Source: an uncultured delta proteobacterium | Lineage (GTDB): Bacteria > Desulfobacterota > Binatia > JACPRU01 | Length of the DNA stretch: 64,000 nt | NCBI GenBank assembly: GCA_963745025.1 | Contig: CAVUWD010000020.1 | Location: 207,527 to 271,526 of the forward strand | Direction of reading: 5' to 3' | Shown: positions 51,163 to 63,122 of the stretch, piece by piece | How the letters are laid out: each line of letters begins with the position of its first letter | Position numbering within the stretch: position 1 is the stretch's first letter | The notes under the pieces: generated by a model | The model's input: only the letters and a program-made list of their open reading frames with translations | The model's database searches: none | Told to the model about the DNA's origin: nothing | Position numbers and translations under genes: made by a program

Positions 51163-51314
51163 TTCCGCCGCCGTGGTAAGCACCGTCCACCTCCGTGGCA
51201 TAGCGGTCGACCGTCCGCTTCTACCGCATCTGCACATTGAGCTGCGAGCGCTTACGCATGAAGGCGAATTCCCCGGCGTTCCTCCGGTCCGGACGGTTTG
51301 AAACTCGACAACTC

Positions 51315-51495
51315 GGCACGTTTCGAGGTCGTGGTGGAGGATGATGGGCGGGGGATTCCGGCCGAGTTCGACGGCAAGCTCTTTCAGCGGTTCGCCGACG
51401 TCTCGCACCGGCGCGACTCGACGGGGCTCGGCCTCTTCATCGTGAAGTCGATCACGGAGGCCCACGGCAGAAGCGTGTTCGCCGGGAACCGGCGG
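51315..51495 (+). pseudogene. Histidine kinase HATPase_c fragment
   Basis: VEDDGRGIP..LFQRF..STGLGLFIVKSITEAHG. Confidence 0.7.
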
Positions 51496-52178
51496 TCGAC
51501 TACAAGCCGGCCGCGCAGGACCCCCAGCGATGGCGAGGTAGACCGCGATCCTGCAAAGAGATCACGACGGCAGTTTCTCGGCGAGCTTCCCAGACCTAGC
51601 CGGCTGCTCGTCTCGGGAAGGACCTTCGGTGAGACACGCCTCAAGGCGACCAACGCCTTGCGGCTTCGGCTTGAACAGATGGTCGCGGCGGGCAGCGAGA
51701 CTCCCGAAGGCCGAGCGGAGTTGAGAAGCTCGCTGACAGGCCGCCTACCGAGAGTGTGTCGCCTTCCAGGTCGCCGTGGAGGGCTCGCTTCTCCACGCCT
51801 TGAACGAGAAGCGGCGAAGCGGCGAAAAGTAAGTCGTCCGAGTCTCTTACCGCGTCGCCTTGCGTTTGCGAGGCCAGCCCTCGCTCGCGGATAATCTCGC
51901 GCCCCAGCTCGGCGACGCGAAGTAGTGGTTAGCCCCCCCACCTCCGACCGGCGATCAGCCCGGCCATGGGGCTTGATCCAGTCGTTCCCCTTCGCCTTCG
52001 CCCTGGCGGTCTCGATCGCGATCTTTTCGGCCGGCTCGATCTAACGAATTCGGCGAGCTGGGGACCCAAGCTGTCTAAGTTCTCGATGAACGGGACGGTT
52101 TTTGAAAAAGCGTAGTTTGCGGGGCCCGAGTGTGGCCGGCTTCTCGCCTCCAGGCCCGCAGTTCGCGCGACCATCGCC

Positions 52179-54918
52179 TCATCCATTCGCCGACGAGTCG
52201 TTCGCGGTTCGACTGTCCAGGCCCCGGCGCGTGGATCTCTGGGCGAGCGGGTGTCGGGCCAGCCATTTCCGCAATTCTTCGAGAATGAGCATGGCGACGG
52301 CGAAAGGGACGATGAACAGCCACACCGGCCCAACGAGAGGTGATGTAACCGACGAGCACGTTTCCCCAGGGTGTGTAGTTGATGACTAGAATCAGCGCGA
52401 TCTCCAAGGCCACGCCCCACAGGATCAGCGGGTTTCCGAGCAGGCCTGTGGAAAACAACGAGCGCGAGGCGCTGCGGCACAGGAACACGTTCATGATCTG
52501 CATCACGATGATGGCACTCAAGCAGGCGGTGGTCGCCTGGAGATACAGCGGGTCCTGGGGCGCAAGTTCCTGGCCATACTTCCAGCCCCCCGCGTGGAGC
52601 ACGAAGAAGAACGCGGCCATAGCGGCGGCCGCCTCGATAGGTCCGAGGAACAGGTAGGCGCGCCGCGCCAGCGGCCAGTTCATCAAACGTTCGCTTCGGG
52701 CCCGCGGGGGGCGCTGCATGACTCGCGGCGCGGGCCGTTCGACGCCCAGACCCAGAGCGGTCAAGGAATCTGTTCCCATGTCGATGGCCAGGGCCTGGAT
52801 CGGCGTCAGCGCCAGCGGGATCCCGAACAGCGCGAAGCCGAGATAGGGGATCAGCTCAGCAACGTTGTGCACAAGCACATAGGTTAGGAACTTGCGAATG
52901 TTCTCGTAGACTGCCCGTCCCTCTTCGATGGCGTTCACGATACTGGCGAAATTGTCGTCGAGTAGCACCATGTCTGCTGCCTCTTTGGCGACGTCCGTGC
53001 CCGCAATCCCCATCGCGATGCCGACATGCGCACTCTTGAGCGCGGGCGCGTCATTCACGCCGTCGCCGGTGACAGCCACAACCTGGTTCTTGTTCTTCAG
53101 CGCCTCAACGATGCGCCCCTTCTGCTCTGCACTGACCCGGGCAAAGATGACATCGGGAGTGTCCAGCGTCAGCATCAGCTGGGTGTCCGAGAGACTGCGG
53201 ATCTGCTCGCCTGTGATCACAGCCGCATTATCCCCTGTGGCGAGCCCGATTTCGCGGGCAATCGCCCGGGCGGTGCGCGGGTGGTCGCCGGTCACCATGA
53301 TCACCCTGATTCCCGCCTCACGGCACCTGCGCAGCGCTTCCGGCACCTCGGGCCTGGGCGGGTCTTCCAGGCCGACCAGCCCGGCGAAGACCAGATCCTG
53401 TTCTAGACCCTCGCGCTTCCATTGGGTGCCCACCGAGCGGTAGGCAAACGCGAGGACCCGCAGCCCCTGCTCGGCCATTTGTTCGTGAGCTGCGAGGATC
53501 TGCTGTTGCAGTCGGAAGTCCAGGGCGGGCGTGTCACTGTGAAGTAAAAGTCGGCTACACAGCGGAAGAACGGATTCCAGCGCCCCCTTGCAGTACAGTA
53601 CGGGGCCCTCAGGCATCGCGTGCACCGTAGACAGCCGCATGCGGTCCGCGTCGAAGGGGATCTCGTCTAGCCGGGCGCAGGCGGGCGGCTCGGGCAGGAT
53701 CCGGCGAGCCATCTCGATCAGCGCAATCTCCATCGGATCGCCCAGAAGAGCGGTACCGCGGTGCTCTCCCGTTCCCCTGACGTCATGGCACAGCTTGGCC
53801 GTTAGGAAGAAGTGCCGATAGGACTGCGCGAACGCGTTGCTCGGCTCGATCGCAGTTGGAGAATACGTCCCATCCCCGAGGAAGAGCCGTGCGACCGTCA
53901 TGCGGTTCTGAGTCAGCGTTCCGGTCTTGTCGGTACAGATCACCGTGGTCGAGCCGAGCGACTCGACCGATGGCAGGTAGCGGACGAGAACACTGCGCCG
54001 CGCCATGCGCTGGGTGGCAAGCACCAGCGACAGGGTCAGCGTCGGTAGAAGCCCCTCGGGCACCATCGCGACGATGATCCCGATGGCGAAAATGAAGTCC
54101 TTCCAAAAAGTGACTCCGGTCAGCCAGCCGATAGCGAAGAAGATCAGCCCGATCAGGATCGCCAAGAATGCGATCAACCGGCTCAAGCGGGCCAGTTCCT
54201 TTCTCAACGGAGACACGGCTTCGCCGGCCGTTTGGGTAAGCCGCGCGATCTTGCCGAACTCGGTGTGCATGCCGGTCGCGAGCACGACCGCCCGCGCCTG
54301 GCCCGACGTGATCGAGGTGCCGGCCAGCAGGATGTTCTTGGCGCGGATCGGCTCATCGGCGTCGGAAGCAGCCGCCTCGCGCACCAAGGGCATGGACTCA
54401 CCCGTGACTGCGGCGTTGTTGACCCGAACGTCGAACGCCTCGAGGAGCCGGCAATCCGCAGGGATGTTGTCACCCTGCTCAAGCAAAACGATGTCCCCCG
54501 GCACCAGCTGCTCTGCGGATCCCAGAATGACCCTGCCGCCGCGCGTAAGCTTCACCTTCTGCGGCAGCAGTCTGCGTAGCGCGGCCAGAGTCCTTTCGAC
54601 CCGATATTCCTGCCAAAAGGAGAACAGGCCGCTCACCAGGATCACCATCACGATGGCATAGCCAATCTTGGCCATGCCCTGGCCCGGATCGCTCCACTCG
54701 GCCACAAATGCGAGCCCGGCCGCAGCCCAGAGAATCAGCGAAAAGAACTGAATGAACTCTTTGACAAGCCGCAGCCACGCCGGCTCACGCGCAAGTTCCT
54801 GCACGACGTTGGGCCCGTACTCGAGCAGCCGGCGCTCGGCCTCGTCGGGTAACAGCCCCAGAGGAGTGCTATGTAGATGCGCGAGGGCTTCGTCGCTGGA
54901 GAGTTGATGTATCTTCAT
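52179..54918 (-). CDS. Cation-transporting P-type ATPase (type II), apparent frameshift at about 52345
   Basis: TGES, VPEGL, CTDKTGTLT, MVTGD, GDGVNDAPAL. Confidence 0.93.
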
Positions 54919-55065
54919 GTTCGCTGGAGATGACGCGGCGTCCGCCTCCATTGGTCTGATCGGGGGCGTGCTTCCGGGACCGGTTCAGGCCCCATAGCGG
55001 TCTCGAGCCGCAGGCGGTGACGGCGATTTCTTGCCCTGGATGCGAACATGCCGCATCCGAGACGC

Positions 55066-55560
55066 CTATTTCGTTCGGACTCTCGTCTCAGAACATGAGG
55101 TGGGCAATACATGCGGGGAGAACTGCCCAAGGACATTACCGGGCGGATCGTAGTTGCATACCCAAATGTCGGCTCCGGGGCACTGGGCGATGCCACATCC
55201 GATCCGGCTGGTACCAGCCCAGACAACCTGGGTGAAGTGCTTTGTGGCGTGCCGGTACTGACCTCGTCGAAAACTGTAATGCGCGACCTCAGAATACCAC
55301 CTCTGAACAACGGCCTCGGGTGTTAGAGATCCTGAGGGCACAGCGTAAGCGATGTTCTCCCCACAGACGCTATCGGGATTGTGTTGCAGCGGGCAGCCGC
55401 GATCGCGCAGTCGATCCGCCCAGCCCTGAGCGATTGCCGCCAGGGGCGGCGACCACATGATCGCGCGAGCGCAATGCAGGCGACGATAGTGGTTGTGCAC
55501 GGCCACGAGTTCCCTTAACACCTGCGGCGACGCCTCTACCGATGACGTGGTCGCTCCCGC
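55066..55560 (-). pseudogene. CAP/SCP (PR-1-like) domain protein, N-terminus cut by element right end
   Basis: HNHYR, GENIA, WYSE, HFTQVVW, CNYDPPGN. Confidence 0.8.
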
Positions 55561-55561
55561 G

Positions 55562-57270
55562 TTAGCCTCTGACAGGCAACTCTGCGACGGCGCAATCGCG
55601 CGGTCCCAAACCCGCCACGGGACACCCCGGTAATCGACCGGAAACGGGGTGCATGGGCCCCGCCCGTGGCCGGTCGGGGCCGTACCATTCACCCGGGCAA
55701 ATCGACCGTGAATTCGACGGGTTCGATGGCGATCGCCACGGCGGGTGCCGGTCTTTTCGAATCGTGCCCCCGCAATGAACTAGGATCGAATTTCCGGATC
55801 GCAGGGCCTCCTCCTGACCGAGGAGGCCCTCAGCTTTCCAGGCGCCGGTGATCTCGTAGCCCCGCTCGCCGATCTCTGCGGGCAGGGAGCGCAGGCTCAG
55901 GCTGCCTTCCAGGTGGCGGGCGATCTCGATCTTGGCGGCGGCCGGGTTCTTCGCGAGGAGTTGCTGAAGCCGCTCGAGCTTAGCGACGAGCCACTCGCGG
56001 TGGACCTTCGGTGGCAGGGCCTTCGCCCGGCTCGAGGCCGCGGCGAGTTCGGCCTCCGCGATGGCGATCCGCTGCTCGATGCCTCGGAGGCGCTCGCGCA
56101 CGGTCGAGGAGTCGCCCTCAGCGAAGAAGGCGACGAGGTTGTCTGCCTCGGCTCTGAGGCGTGCGATCTCGGCGGTGAGCTTCTTCGGGGTGCCGCGCTC
56201 GTCGCGGAGTGCCCTTTCGACGGCCTTGTTCAAGGCGGCGGCGATGCGGTCGATGAGGGCGTTGTCGCCGCGCGGAACCGTTCGATGAGGTCGGCCTCGA
56301 GGAGGTCGGCACGATAGCGGGCCGAGTGGTCGCAGATGGCCGGCCCCTTGTTGCGGGCGTCGCTGCAAAAATACCAACGCTGTGCGTAGGTCTGCCTGTT
56401 CTTCTGGCGAGTCGTCGTGATGATCTCCATGCGGCCGCCGCAGGCGGCACAGCGAAGGAGGCCGTTGAGCAGGTGCGCCGAGTAGAGGCTGGCGGCGCCG
56501 CGACGGATACCTCTGCGGCCGGCGCCCTCGTAGCGCTCCTCGATCATGCGGATCCGGGCGGCCACGGCGCGCCAGAGCGTGTCGGGGACAATGCGAAGCT
56601 CGGGCTGCTCGGCCGTTGCCCACTCCGCCTTCGGCCGCAGCAGGTAGCGCCGTGTTCCTGTGTCCGGGTCCTTGACCCACTGCCGCTTGTTCCAGATCAC
56701 GCGGCCGACGTAGCGCTCGTTGCGGAGAATCCAGCGGACGGTGACGCGCGACCAGCCCTTCCGCACTCGCTCGCGTCTCGTGCCCTTGGCGGGGAAGGGG
56801 ACGCCGGCGTCGTTCAGGGCGACCGCGATCGCGCGAAGGCTTTTCCCATCTCGGTACTCCTCGAAAATGCGGCGCACGATCGCCGCCTCCGCCTCGTCGA
56901 TCTCGAGGCGCGCCGGCTGCGAATGCTTGCCGGGACGCGCGGCGCCTTCGACCTTGACCGCGCGATAGCCGAAGGTCCTTCCGCCCGTGCTGAGGCCGCG
57001 CGTGTGCGAACCTTGCAGGTCCCGGTGCGTCTTCTCGCGCAAGTCGTCGAGATAGACCTCGTTCATCGCGCCCTTCACGGTCAAGAGGAGCTTCGCACCC
57101 TTCGCGTTCGACGCGACGCCGTCCGAGACGCCGACGATCTCCACGCCGCGCAGACGCAGGCGCGCGTTGGTTCTGAGCAGCTCGGCGGTGTCCCGCGTGA
57201 GGCGCGAAAGGTCCTCCACGAGAATCACGTCGAAGGCCCTCGGCGCGGCGAGTGATACGAGACAGGCCAT
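55562..57270 (-). pseudogene. Large serine recombinase, lacking catalytic N-terminal Y-x-R-x-S segment, frameshift at about 56265
   Basis: VILVEDLSRLTRD, GGRTFGY, EAAIVRRIF, ILRNERYVG, LLNGLLRCAACGG, coiled coil, HCGG at att core. Confidence 0.88.
55601..55776. repeat. Element right end plus att core, copy 2
   Basis: Homologous to 38372-38560; ends TTCGAATCGTGCCCCCGCAAT. Confidence 0.85.
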
Positions 57271-57646
57271 CGGGGCCAGGCCGGATCGAATAGAACTCGA
57301 GGCGCGAGATCACAACGGCAGACTCGGCGGAAGGAGGCTCATGGATCTGGAGCCCGCGATGTAGGCGGAAAGATCGTCTTTCGCTCACTGCACGCCGCCG
57401 AAGCCCGCGTGCTCTCGCGCCCCGCCTCTCGACGGGCGCGAGGCGCCTGTGGTGGAACTTGGGATCGCGAGATGAGGAGGAGGAAACGGTCATGAAGCGA
57501 ACGGTTGAAGCACGCCTCGCCGCCGCCCTCGCCCTAGCGGCGACGCTCCTGCTGCCCCGCGGGGCGATGGCTGCGGGTGGACCAGTCTATAGTATTTCCA
57601 AAGCATTGTCGCGCTGCCAGCGTGCCCGACAAGGAGGAGAGAACGA

Positions 57647-58165
57647 ATGTTGAAAGGTCTGGTGGTTGGATTCATCCTGGGAGTCTTGCTGATTTCCGCG
57701 GGAGTGTATTTTTACTTTGCCGCCGGCCTTGCTCCCGTTGCGGTCACGGATCCGCCCATGCCGTTTGAGAGTTGGCTCGCGCGAATCGGTCTTCACGCCG
57801 TTCTGGACAAGCAGAAACAGACGGAGCCTCCCATCGCGGCGAACGAGGAGACGTATCTGGCCGGCGCGGAGGTGTACAGGAAGAATTGCGCAGTCTGCCA
57901 CGGTTTGCCCGGCGAGCAGCCGACCGCTATCGCTTCGGGCATGTTCCCGAAGCCTCCGGGGCTCTTCCACGGTACGGGCGTGACGGACGACCCCGCGTGG
58001 GAGACCCACTGGAAGGCCGCGAACGGCATCCGCATGACCGGCATGCCCGGGTTCAAGGGTAAACTGAACGACACGCAGCTGTGGCAGGTAAGCCAGTTGC
58101 TCGCGAATGCGGACAAGATCCCCGCCTCCGTGAAGAAGGCACTCGGCGAAAAGGGCTCAGGCTGA
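57647..58165 (+). CDS. Membrane-anchored monoheme cytochrome c
   Basis: RBS AAGGAGGAG, N-terminal TM, CAVCH, NGIRMTGMPGF. Confidence 0.92.
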   Translation: MLKGLVVGFILGVLLISAGVYFYFAAGLAPVAVTDPPMPFESWLARIGLHAVLDKQKQTEPPIAANEETYLAGAEVYRKNCAVCHGLPGEQPTAIASGMFPKPPGLFHGTGVTDDPAWETHWKAANGIRMTGMPGFKGKLNDTQLWQVSQLLANADKIPASVKKALGEKGSG

Positions 58166-58214
58166 GCAAAGTCGATCATTGGGACAAGGTCGCGCCGTCA
58201 GCAGGCTTTCCTCG

Positions 58215-58440
58215 AGGCCGGTGAACGCAAACGAGCCACCGCTCGCGGGGTAGAACAAGCCGAGCGGGAACGGATAACGCTGGCTACCCGGCTGGTCGGA
58301 GTAGTAACCGATGGTCTCCAGCGAGAACATCGCGATGACGCCGCGCTTCTTCGAACACCGCGCATAGCGGCGGCTGCCCATGGCGTCGCTGCGGTAGAAA
58401 GGCGTCTCCTCGTTGGCGAATGCCACGAAGCGCGTGCTGG
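58215..58440 (-). pseudogene. M28 peptidase internal fragment
   Basis: RFVAFANEE.PF...MGS, MFSLETIGYYSD.PGSQRYP. Confidence 0.7.
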
Positions 58441-58449
58441 ATTCGACTC

Positions 58450-58875
58450 TTTGAGCAGGCGTGCGCCGCACTCACCGCAAAACTTCATCCCCGCGGCGTT
58501 CTCGAAGCCGCAACCGGGGCACTTCACGATCGAAGCTCCTGCGCGATCCGGTCGGCGCGGATCGGGGCGTCGATCTCGAGGAACAGACGGTGCGCCTCGC
58601 GGAGCTCGCGCTGTCGTGTGGCTTCATCGCCGCTCAGCCGCGCAAGCTCGGCCCGCTCGATGCGGAGGAAGGGCTCGTAGCTCTTCGCACCAGACATCTC
58701 GATCCAGGCGTCGGCTTCGGCGAGCGTGGCCTCGATCTCTCTCGTTGCCTGGACTCCCTGCGTTTCGCGGAGAGCGCGGATCCGGGTGAGTAGAGCCGAG
58801 AACTCCCAGAATCGGGAGCCGAGCCGCCGGATGAAACCGATCGCTTCTTCCGCGATCGTCAAGGCCCTTGCACGA
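58450..58875 (-). pseudogene. Junction remnant of two tandem cyclase/ATPase genes (C-terminus of one, zinc-ribbon start of next)
   Basis: 58524-58862 closely matches C-terminus of the 60305 ORF; then MKCPGCGFENAAGMKFCGECG. Confidence 0.8.
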
Positions 58876-59052
58876 TCGTCTTTAGCATCCCTCCGGGTGC
58901 GCGCTACCTCATTGGGTGGCTATTCTCCTCTTCCTTCCTTTCTTCTTTGCGACGCCGATCCTCTTCGTGGTCTACTCCATGCCGTGGCCGCTCCTTCGGG
59001 CGTGCAGCATCAACCCCGGGGCTTGAGAGCCGGGGTGCGGAAGGAAATCGAG

Positions 59053-59721
59053 ATGAAAACCCGGGTGATCTGTGTGTCGCGGGCGCTGGCCGCGGGCGGC
59101 GAGGAAATCGGGCACGCGCTGTCGCAGCGGATGGGCTTTCGCTATGCGGACGAAGAGATCGTCGCCACGGCTGCCGAAAGGGAGGGCGTCGACGTCGAGC
59201 TGGTACAGGACGCCGAGCGTCGGCAGACGTTCATCGAGCGCGTACTCAAGTCGTTAGCCGTGGCGACAGCGTCGGAGATAATGGCAATCTCGCCCGGCTC
59301 TCTACATCCGGCCGCGTTCCTGACCGGCGAGGAAATGACCGGCGTCAGGGCGGCCTTTCGGGGCACGGAGTACTTCCGCCAGCTGATCCGCGCAGTCGTC
59401 CGCGACACCGCCCGAGAGGGGAACGTCGTCATCGTCGCTCATGCCGCCGCGATGGCGCTGGCCGGCGAAGAGGGTGTTCTGCGCGTTTTCGTCACCGCCT
59501 CGCCCGAAGTCCGGGCGGAGCGGCTCGCGGCGGCTCGCGGCATTGACGTCGACGAGGCGGCGAGAATGATCAAGGATTCGGACAAGAGCCGTCGCGAGTA
59601 CCTGAAGGCGTTCTACGGCATCGGCGAGGAGCTTCCGGTGCACTACGACATCGTCGTCAACACGGACGTGCTCGCCCTCGAACAGGCCGTCGAAGCGGTC
59701 GTCGCCGCGGCGCAACGGTGA
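59053..59721 (+). CDS. Cytidylate kinase-like family protein
   Basis: VICVSRALAAGGEEIG, GNVVIV, SDKSRREY, YDIVVNT. Confidence 0.85.
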   Translation: MKTRVICVSRALAAGGEEIGHALSQRMGFRYADEEIVATAAEREGVDVELVQDAERRQTFIERVLKSLAVATASEIMAISPGSLHPAAFLTGEEMTGVRAAFRGTEYFRQLIRAVVRDTAREGNVVIVAHAAAMALAGEEGVLRVFVTASPEVRAERLAAARGIDVDEAARMIKDSDKSRREYLKAFYGIGEELPVHYDIVVNTDVLALEQAVEAVVAAAQR

Positions 59722-59744
59722 TGCGCCGAAGATGGCTGCCATAC

Positions 59745-60308
59745 CTTGCGAGCAACGACTCGCACTGGAAGCTGATCCCTTTCTCGACGCGCAGCTCGTT
59801 CGCGTAGCGGTGAAGGTCCTCCTGGAGAGACAGGGCGGCGTAGCAGGCGCGCTGCGCGTGATCCTCGTGGGTGATCGGCGCTCCGAAGAGGGCCATGATC
59901 CCGCCGCCCGTGTACTGGTTCACTGTGCCCTCGAAGCGGTGGATACCGTCGGTGAGGATCTTGAAGAAGCGCTCCAGATCCGGTGCCATTCTTCGGGATC
60001 GATCGACTCGGCGAGATCCATCGACCCCTTCACGTCGGCGAAGAGGACGGTCGCCTGCTTGCGCTCGCCCTCGAGAGCGCCCCGCGAGGTGAGAATCTTC
60101 TCAACGAGGTGCTTCGGCGTATAGGAGCGAGGGTCGGCAGAGCGGGTCGGGGGTGCGCCCGTGACCGGGAACGCACACTCGTCGCAGAATTTGGCTACGG
60201 GGCGAAGCTCGGCACCGCAGCCTGCACACTTGCGTCCGAGCGGACCGCACATTCTTCGCAGAACTTGGCAGCATCCCGGTTCTCATGGCCGCACCCGGGG
60301 CACTTCAT
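59745..60308 (-). pseudogene. Double zinc ribbon + class III adenylate/guanylate cyclase N-terminal remnant
   Basis: MKCPGCGHEN..KFCEEC, GERKQATVLFADVKGS, QYTGGGIMALFGAP..HEDHAQRA; frameshifted and truncated. Confidence 0.85.
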
Positions 60309-62635
60309 CCGGAGAGCTCCTTCGCGACCTGCTCCGCGCGGATCGGCGCCCCGATCTCGAGGAACAGGCGGTGCGCCTCGCGGAGCTCGCGCTGGCGGGT
60401 GGAGTCGTCGCCGTTCAGTTGCGCCAGCTCGGCACGCTCAACGTGGAGGAAGGGCTCGTAGCTCTTCGCGCCCGACATCTCGAGCCAGGAGTCGGCTTCG
60501 GCGAGCGTGGCCTCGATCTCCTTCTTCGCCTTGATGCCGTTGATCTCGCGGAGAGCGCGAATCCGGGTGAGCAGAGCCGAGAACTCCCAGAGTCGGGCGC
60601 CGAGCCGCCGGCAGACGGCGATCGCTTCTTCCACGAGCGTTAAGGCCCTTGGACGATCACCGAGGCCGAGATGCGCCACCGCCATCAACGCAAGCACCCT
60701 GGTTTCGAAGGCCTGCAGCCGTCGCTCCCTTCCGATCGCTAGCGTGTGCTGCAGCACTTCGAGCGCGTCATGCCAAGCGTGGTTCAAGACGTTTGCGATC
60801 CCAAGGGAGAGGTAGCCGAAGATTCGCGCGATGTGGGTGCCTGTGTGCTCGGCGTAATCCACCGCCTCTCGGCCGTGCGCCAGGACAGACGCGGTCTCCC
60901 CCGTGAGCTCGCAGCGATAGACGTGGAAGCTGTGGGAGGCCCAGAGCGGGAACAACTGCTGAGACGTCCGCGCGTGCTCGATCACCCGGTCGAGCTCGGC
61001 TCCGCCTTCCCGAGGACGCCCCATGAGGCTCAGAAGCATGCCATGCAAGGCCGAGAGGGCGAGGCTGGGGCTGAACCCGATTCGATCGACGCCGAGGCCG
61101 ACATCTCCCCGAGCGAGCCCAAGACCCTGATCCACAACGGCAAGGCACTCGCGGAGCCGCCCGGACCAAAAAAGGCTGATACCGAGTCCGTAACGAACGG
61201 CCACTCTCAAGCCGAGATCCTCGGTTTCGTCGGCGCGGTGCATCGATTCGAGAAGCAGATCGCGCGCTTCATCGATGGCCCCAGCTCGCGCGCGGAGCTC
61301 GCCGAAGCCGTTCAGGACCTGGCTGAGAACGTGAGGATCCCCGCTCCGCTGCGCGAGCTCCCGTCCTTCGCGGAAAAGCGAGGTCGCCTGGTCCTCGGGA
61401 TCACCCACACGAGCGAGGTGCGTCATGATCTGGGCGCGCACCTCCGCTCTCTCAGCTAAGTTCTCGGGTGTCTCCGGGAGCGTGTTTAGAAGACCGCGCA
61501 CGCTTCCCCAGTGACGTAATGCTTCAGCAGAATTGTTGCCGCCCACCCACTCGGCTGCCCAGCGATGCCACTTCGCCGCCTCCCGAATCTCGCCTGCACG
61601 CTCCCAGTGGTAGGCGAGAAGCGCTGCACGCTCGCCGAGCTTCCCCGACCCGAGCTCCTCGATCGCACGCGCAACCGCCCCGTGGACGCGCGCTCTTCGC
61701 TCCGCGAGCTGCGAGCCATAGGCGACTTCCTGGGTCAGCGGGTGCTTGAAAGCATACTCGGCCTCCGGATAGAGCGCCTCTTCGTAGAGGAATTCGGCGC
61801 TCGTGAGCCCATGGAGAGCGCCGGGAAGATCTCCGTCGCCGAGGTCCGCCACGCGCCGGAGTATCGGTTCGGAGAACGTCTTGCCGATCACCGACGCGGT
61901 CTGGAGCAGCCGCTTCTCCCGCTCGGGCAGGCGGTCGACCCGTGCTGCGAGTACGCTCTGCACGGTCGCGGGCACGGCGATCTCTTCTGCGGGCTTGACT
62001 AGGCGATACGCACCCCTGGCTCCCGCGACAACGCCCGTCTCGATCAGCGACTGGACGATCTCCTCGATGAAGAACGGATTGCCGCCCGTTCGCTCCTGGA
62101 TGAGCTCGCGGAGTCGGTGGAGCGACGGATCGCTGCCGAGGAGATCGGCGAAGAGCTCCATGATCGCTTCGGGGCCCAGCGGTAGGAGCGGAAGCTGCTG
62201 GTAATAGGACCGCTGCATCCACTGCGCGTGGTACTCCGGGCGGAAGTTAAGGAGCACGAGTGTGCGGTTGCCGGGCGCGATCTCGACCAGGTTCTCGATG
62301 AATTCCTCGCTCGCCTGATCAAACCAGTGAAGGTCCTCGAAGAGAATTACGGCCGGCTCCCTGGCGCTGCGTGCGCGCGAGAGCCGCCGGATCAGGTCAA
62401 GAAGCTGGCGCTGGCGAGCCTCGGGAACGAGCGACGGAGAGGGCCGATCTGGATCAGCCACGCCGAGGAAATCGAACATGAGCGGCAGCCCCTCGGCGAG
62501 CGTCTCATCGAGCAGAAGCATCCGCCCGGCGATCTTCTCGCGCGCGGCGTCGTTGCCGTCCTGCTCGGTAACTCGGAAAACGGCGCGCAACAGCTCCAGG
62601 ATCGGGAGGAACGGGACGCGCTTCGCGTGCGATAA
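60305..62635 (-). pseudogene. AAA-ATPase/TPR portion of cyclase-ATPase protein, N-terminus deleted
   Basis: FEDLHWFD, RTGGNPFFIEE, VPATVQSVLAARVDRL, YAFKHPLTQEVAY, helical repeats. Confidence 0.85.
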
Positions 62636-62639
62636 CCCA

Positions 62640-63122
62640 TCCCGTGCTTGGGCTCGAGCGCATCGTTCAACGTGCGAAGGGCGGCGAGGATCCCGAGCCC
62701 GGCACGCACGGCGCGTTCGGCGTCGTCCTCGTGGGCCTGCGGATAGCCGAAGTACACGAGCAGCCCGTCGCCCAGATACTGGGCGATGTGCCCCGCGTAA
62801 CGGTCGATCGCCCCGGACGCCGCCTCCTGATAGGCGCGCACGACGCTGCGTAGGTCCTCGGCGTCGAGGTGCTGGGAGAGATCGGTCGAGCCCACCAGGT
62901 CGCAGAACATCACCGTGAGCTGGCGCCGCTCGGCGGCTTCGGCCGGGCCGGGTGCCGCCGGTGCCAGTTCAGGTGCAGCGGCTGGCTGCGGCGCGGCCTG
63001 CTCGCTGAGAGGTGCGCCGCACTCGCCGCAGAACCGCTCTCCCGGTTCCGAGCTGGCGCCGCACGAGGGGCAGGTAAGCTCGAGACCGGCGCCGCAATGG
63101 ACGCAGAACCTTCGGCCGGCTC
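62640..63122 (-). pseudogene. Zinc ribbon + cyclase fragment, diverged direct repeat of 63517-63994
   Basis: AERRQLTVMFCDLVGST, YLGDGLLVYFGYPQAHEDDAERA. Confidence 0.85.
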
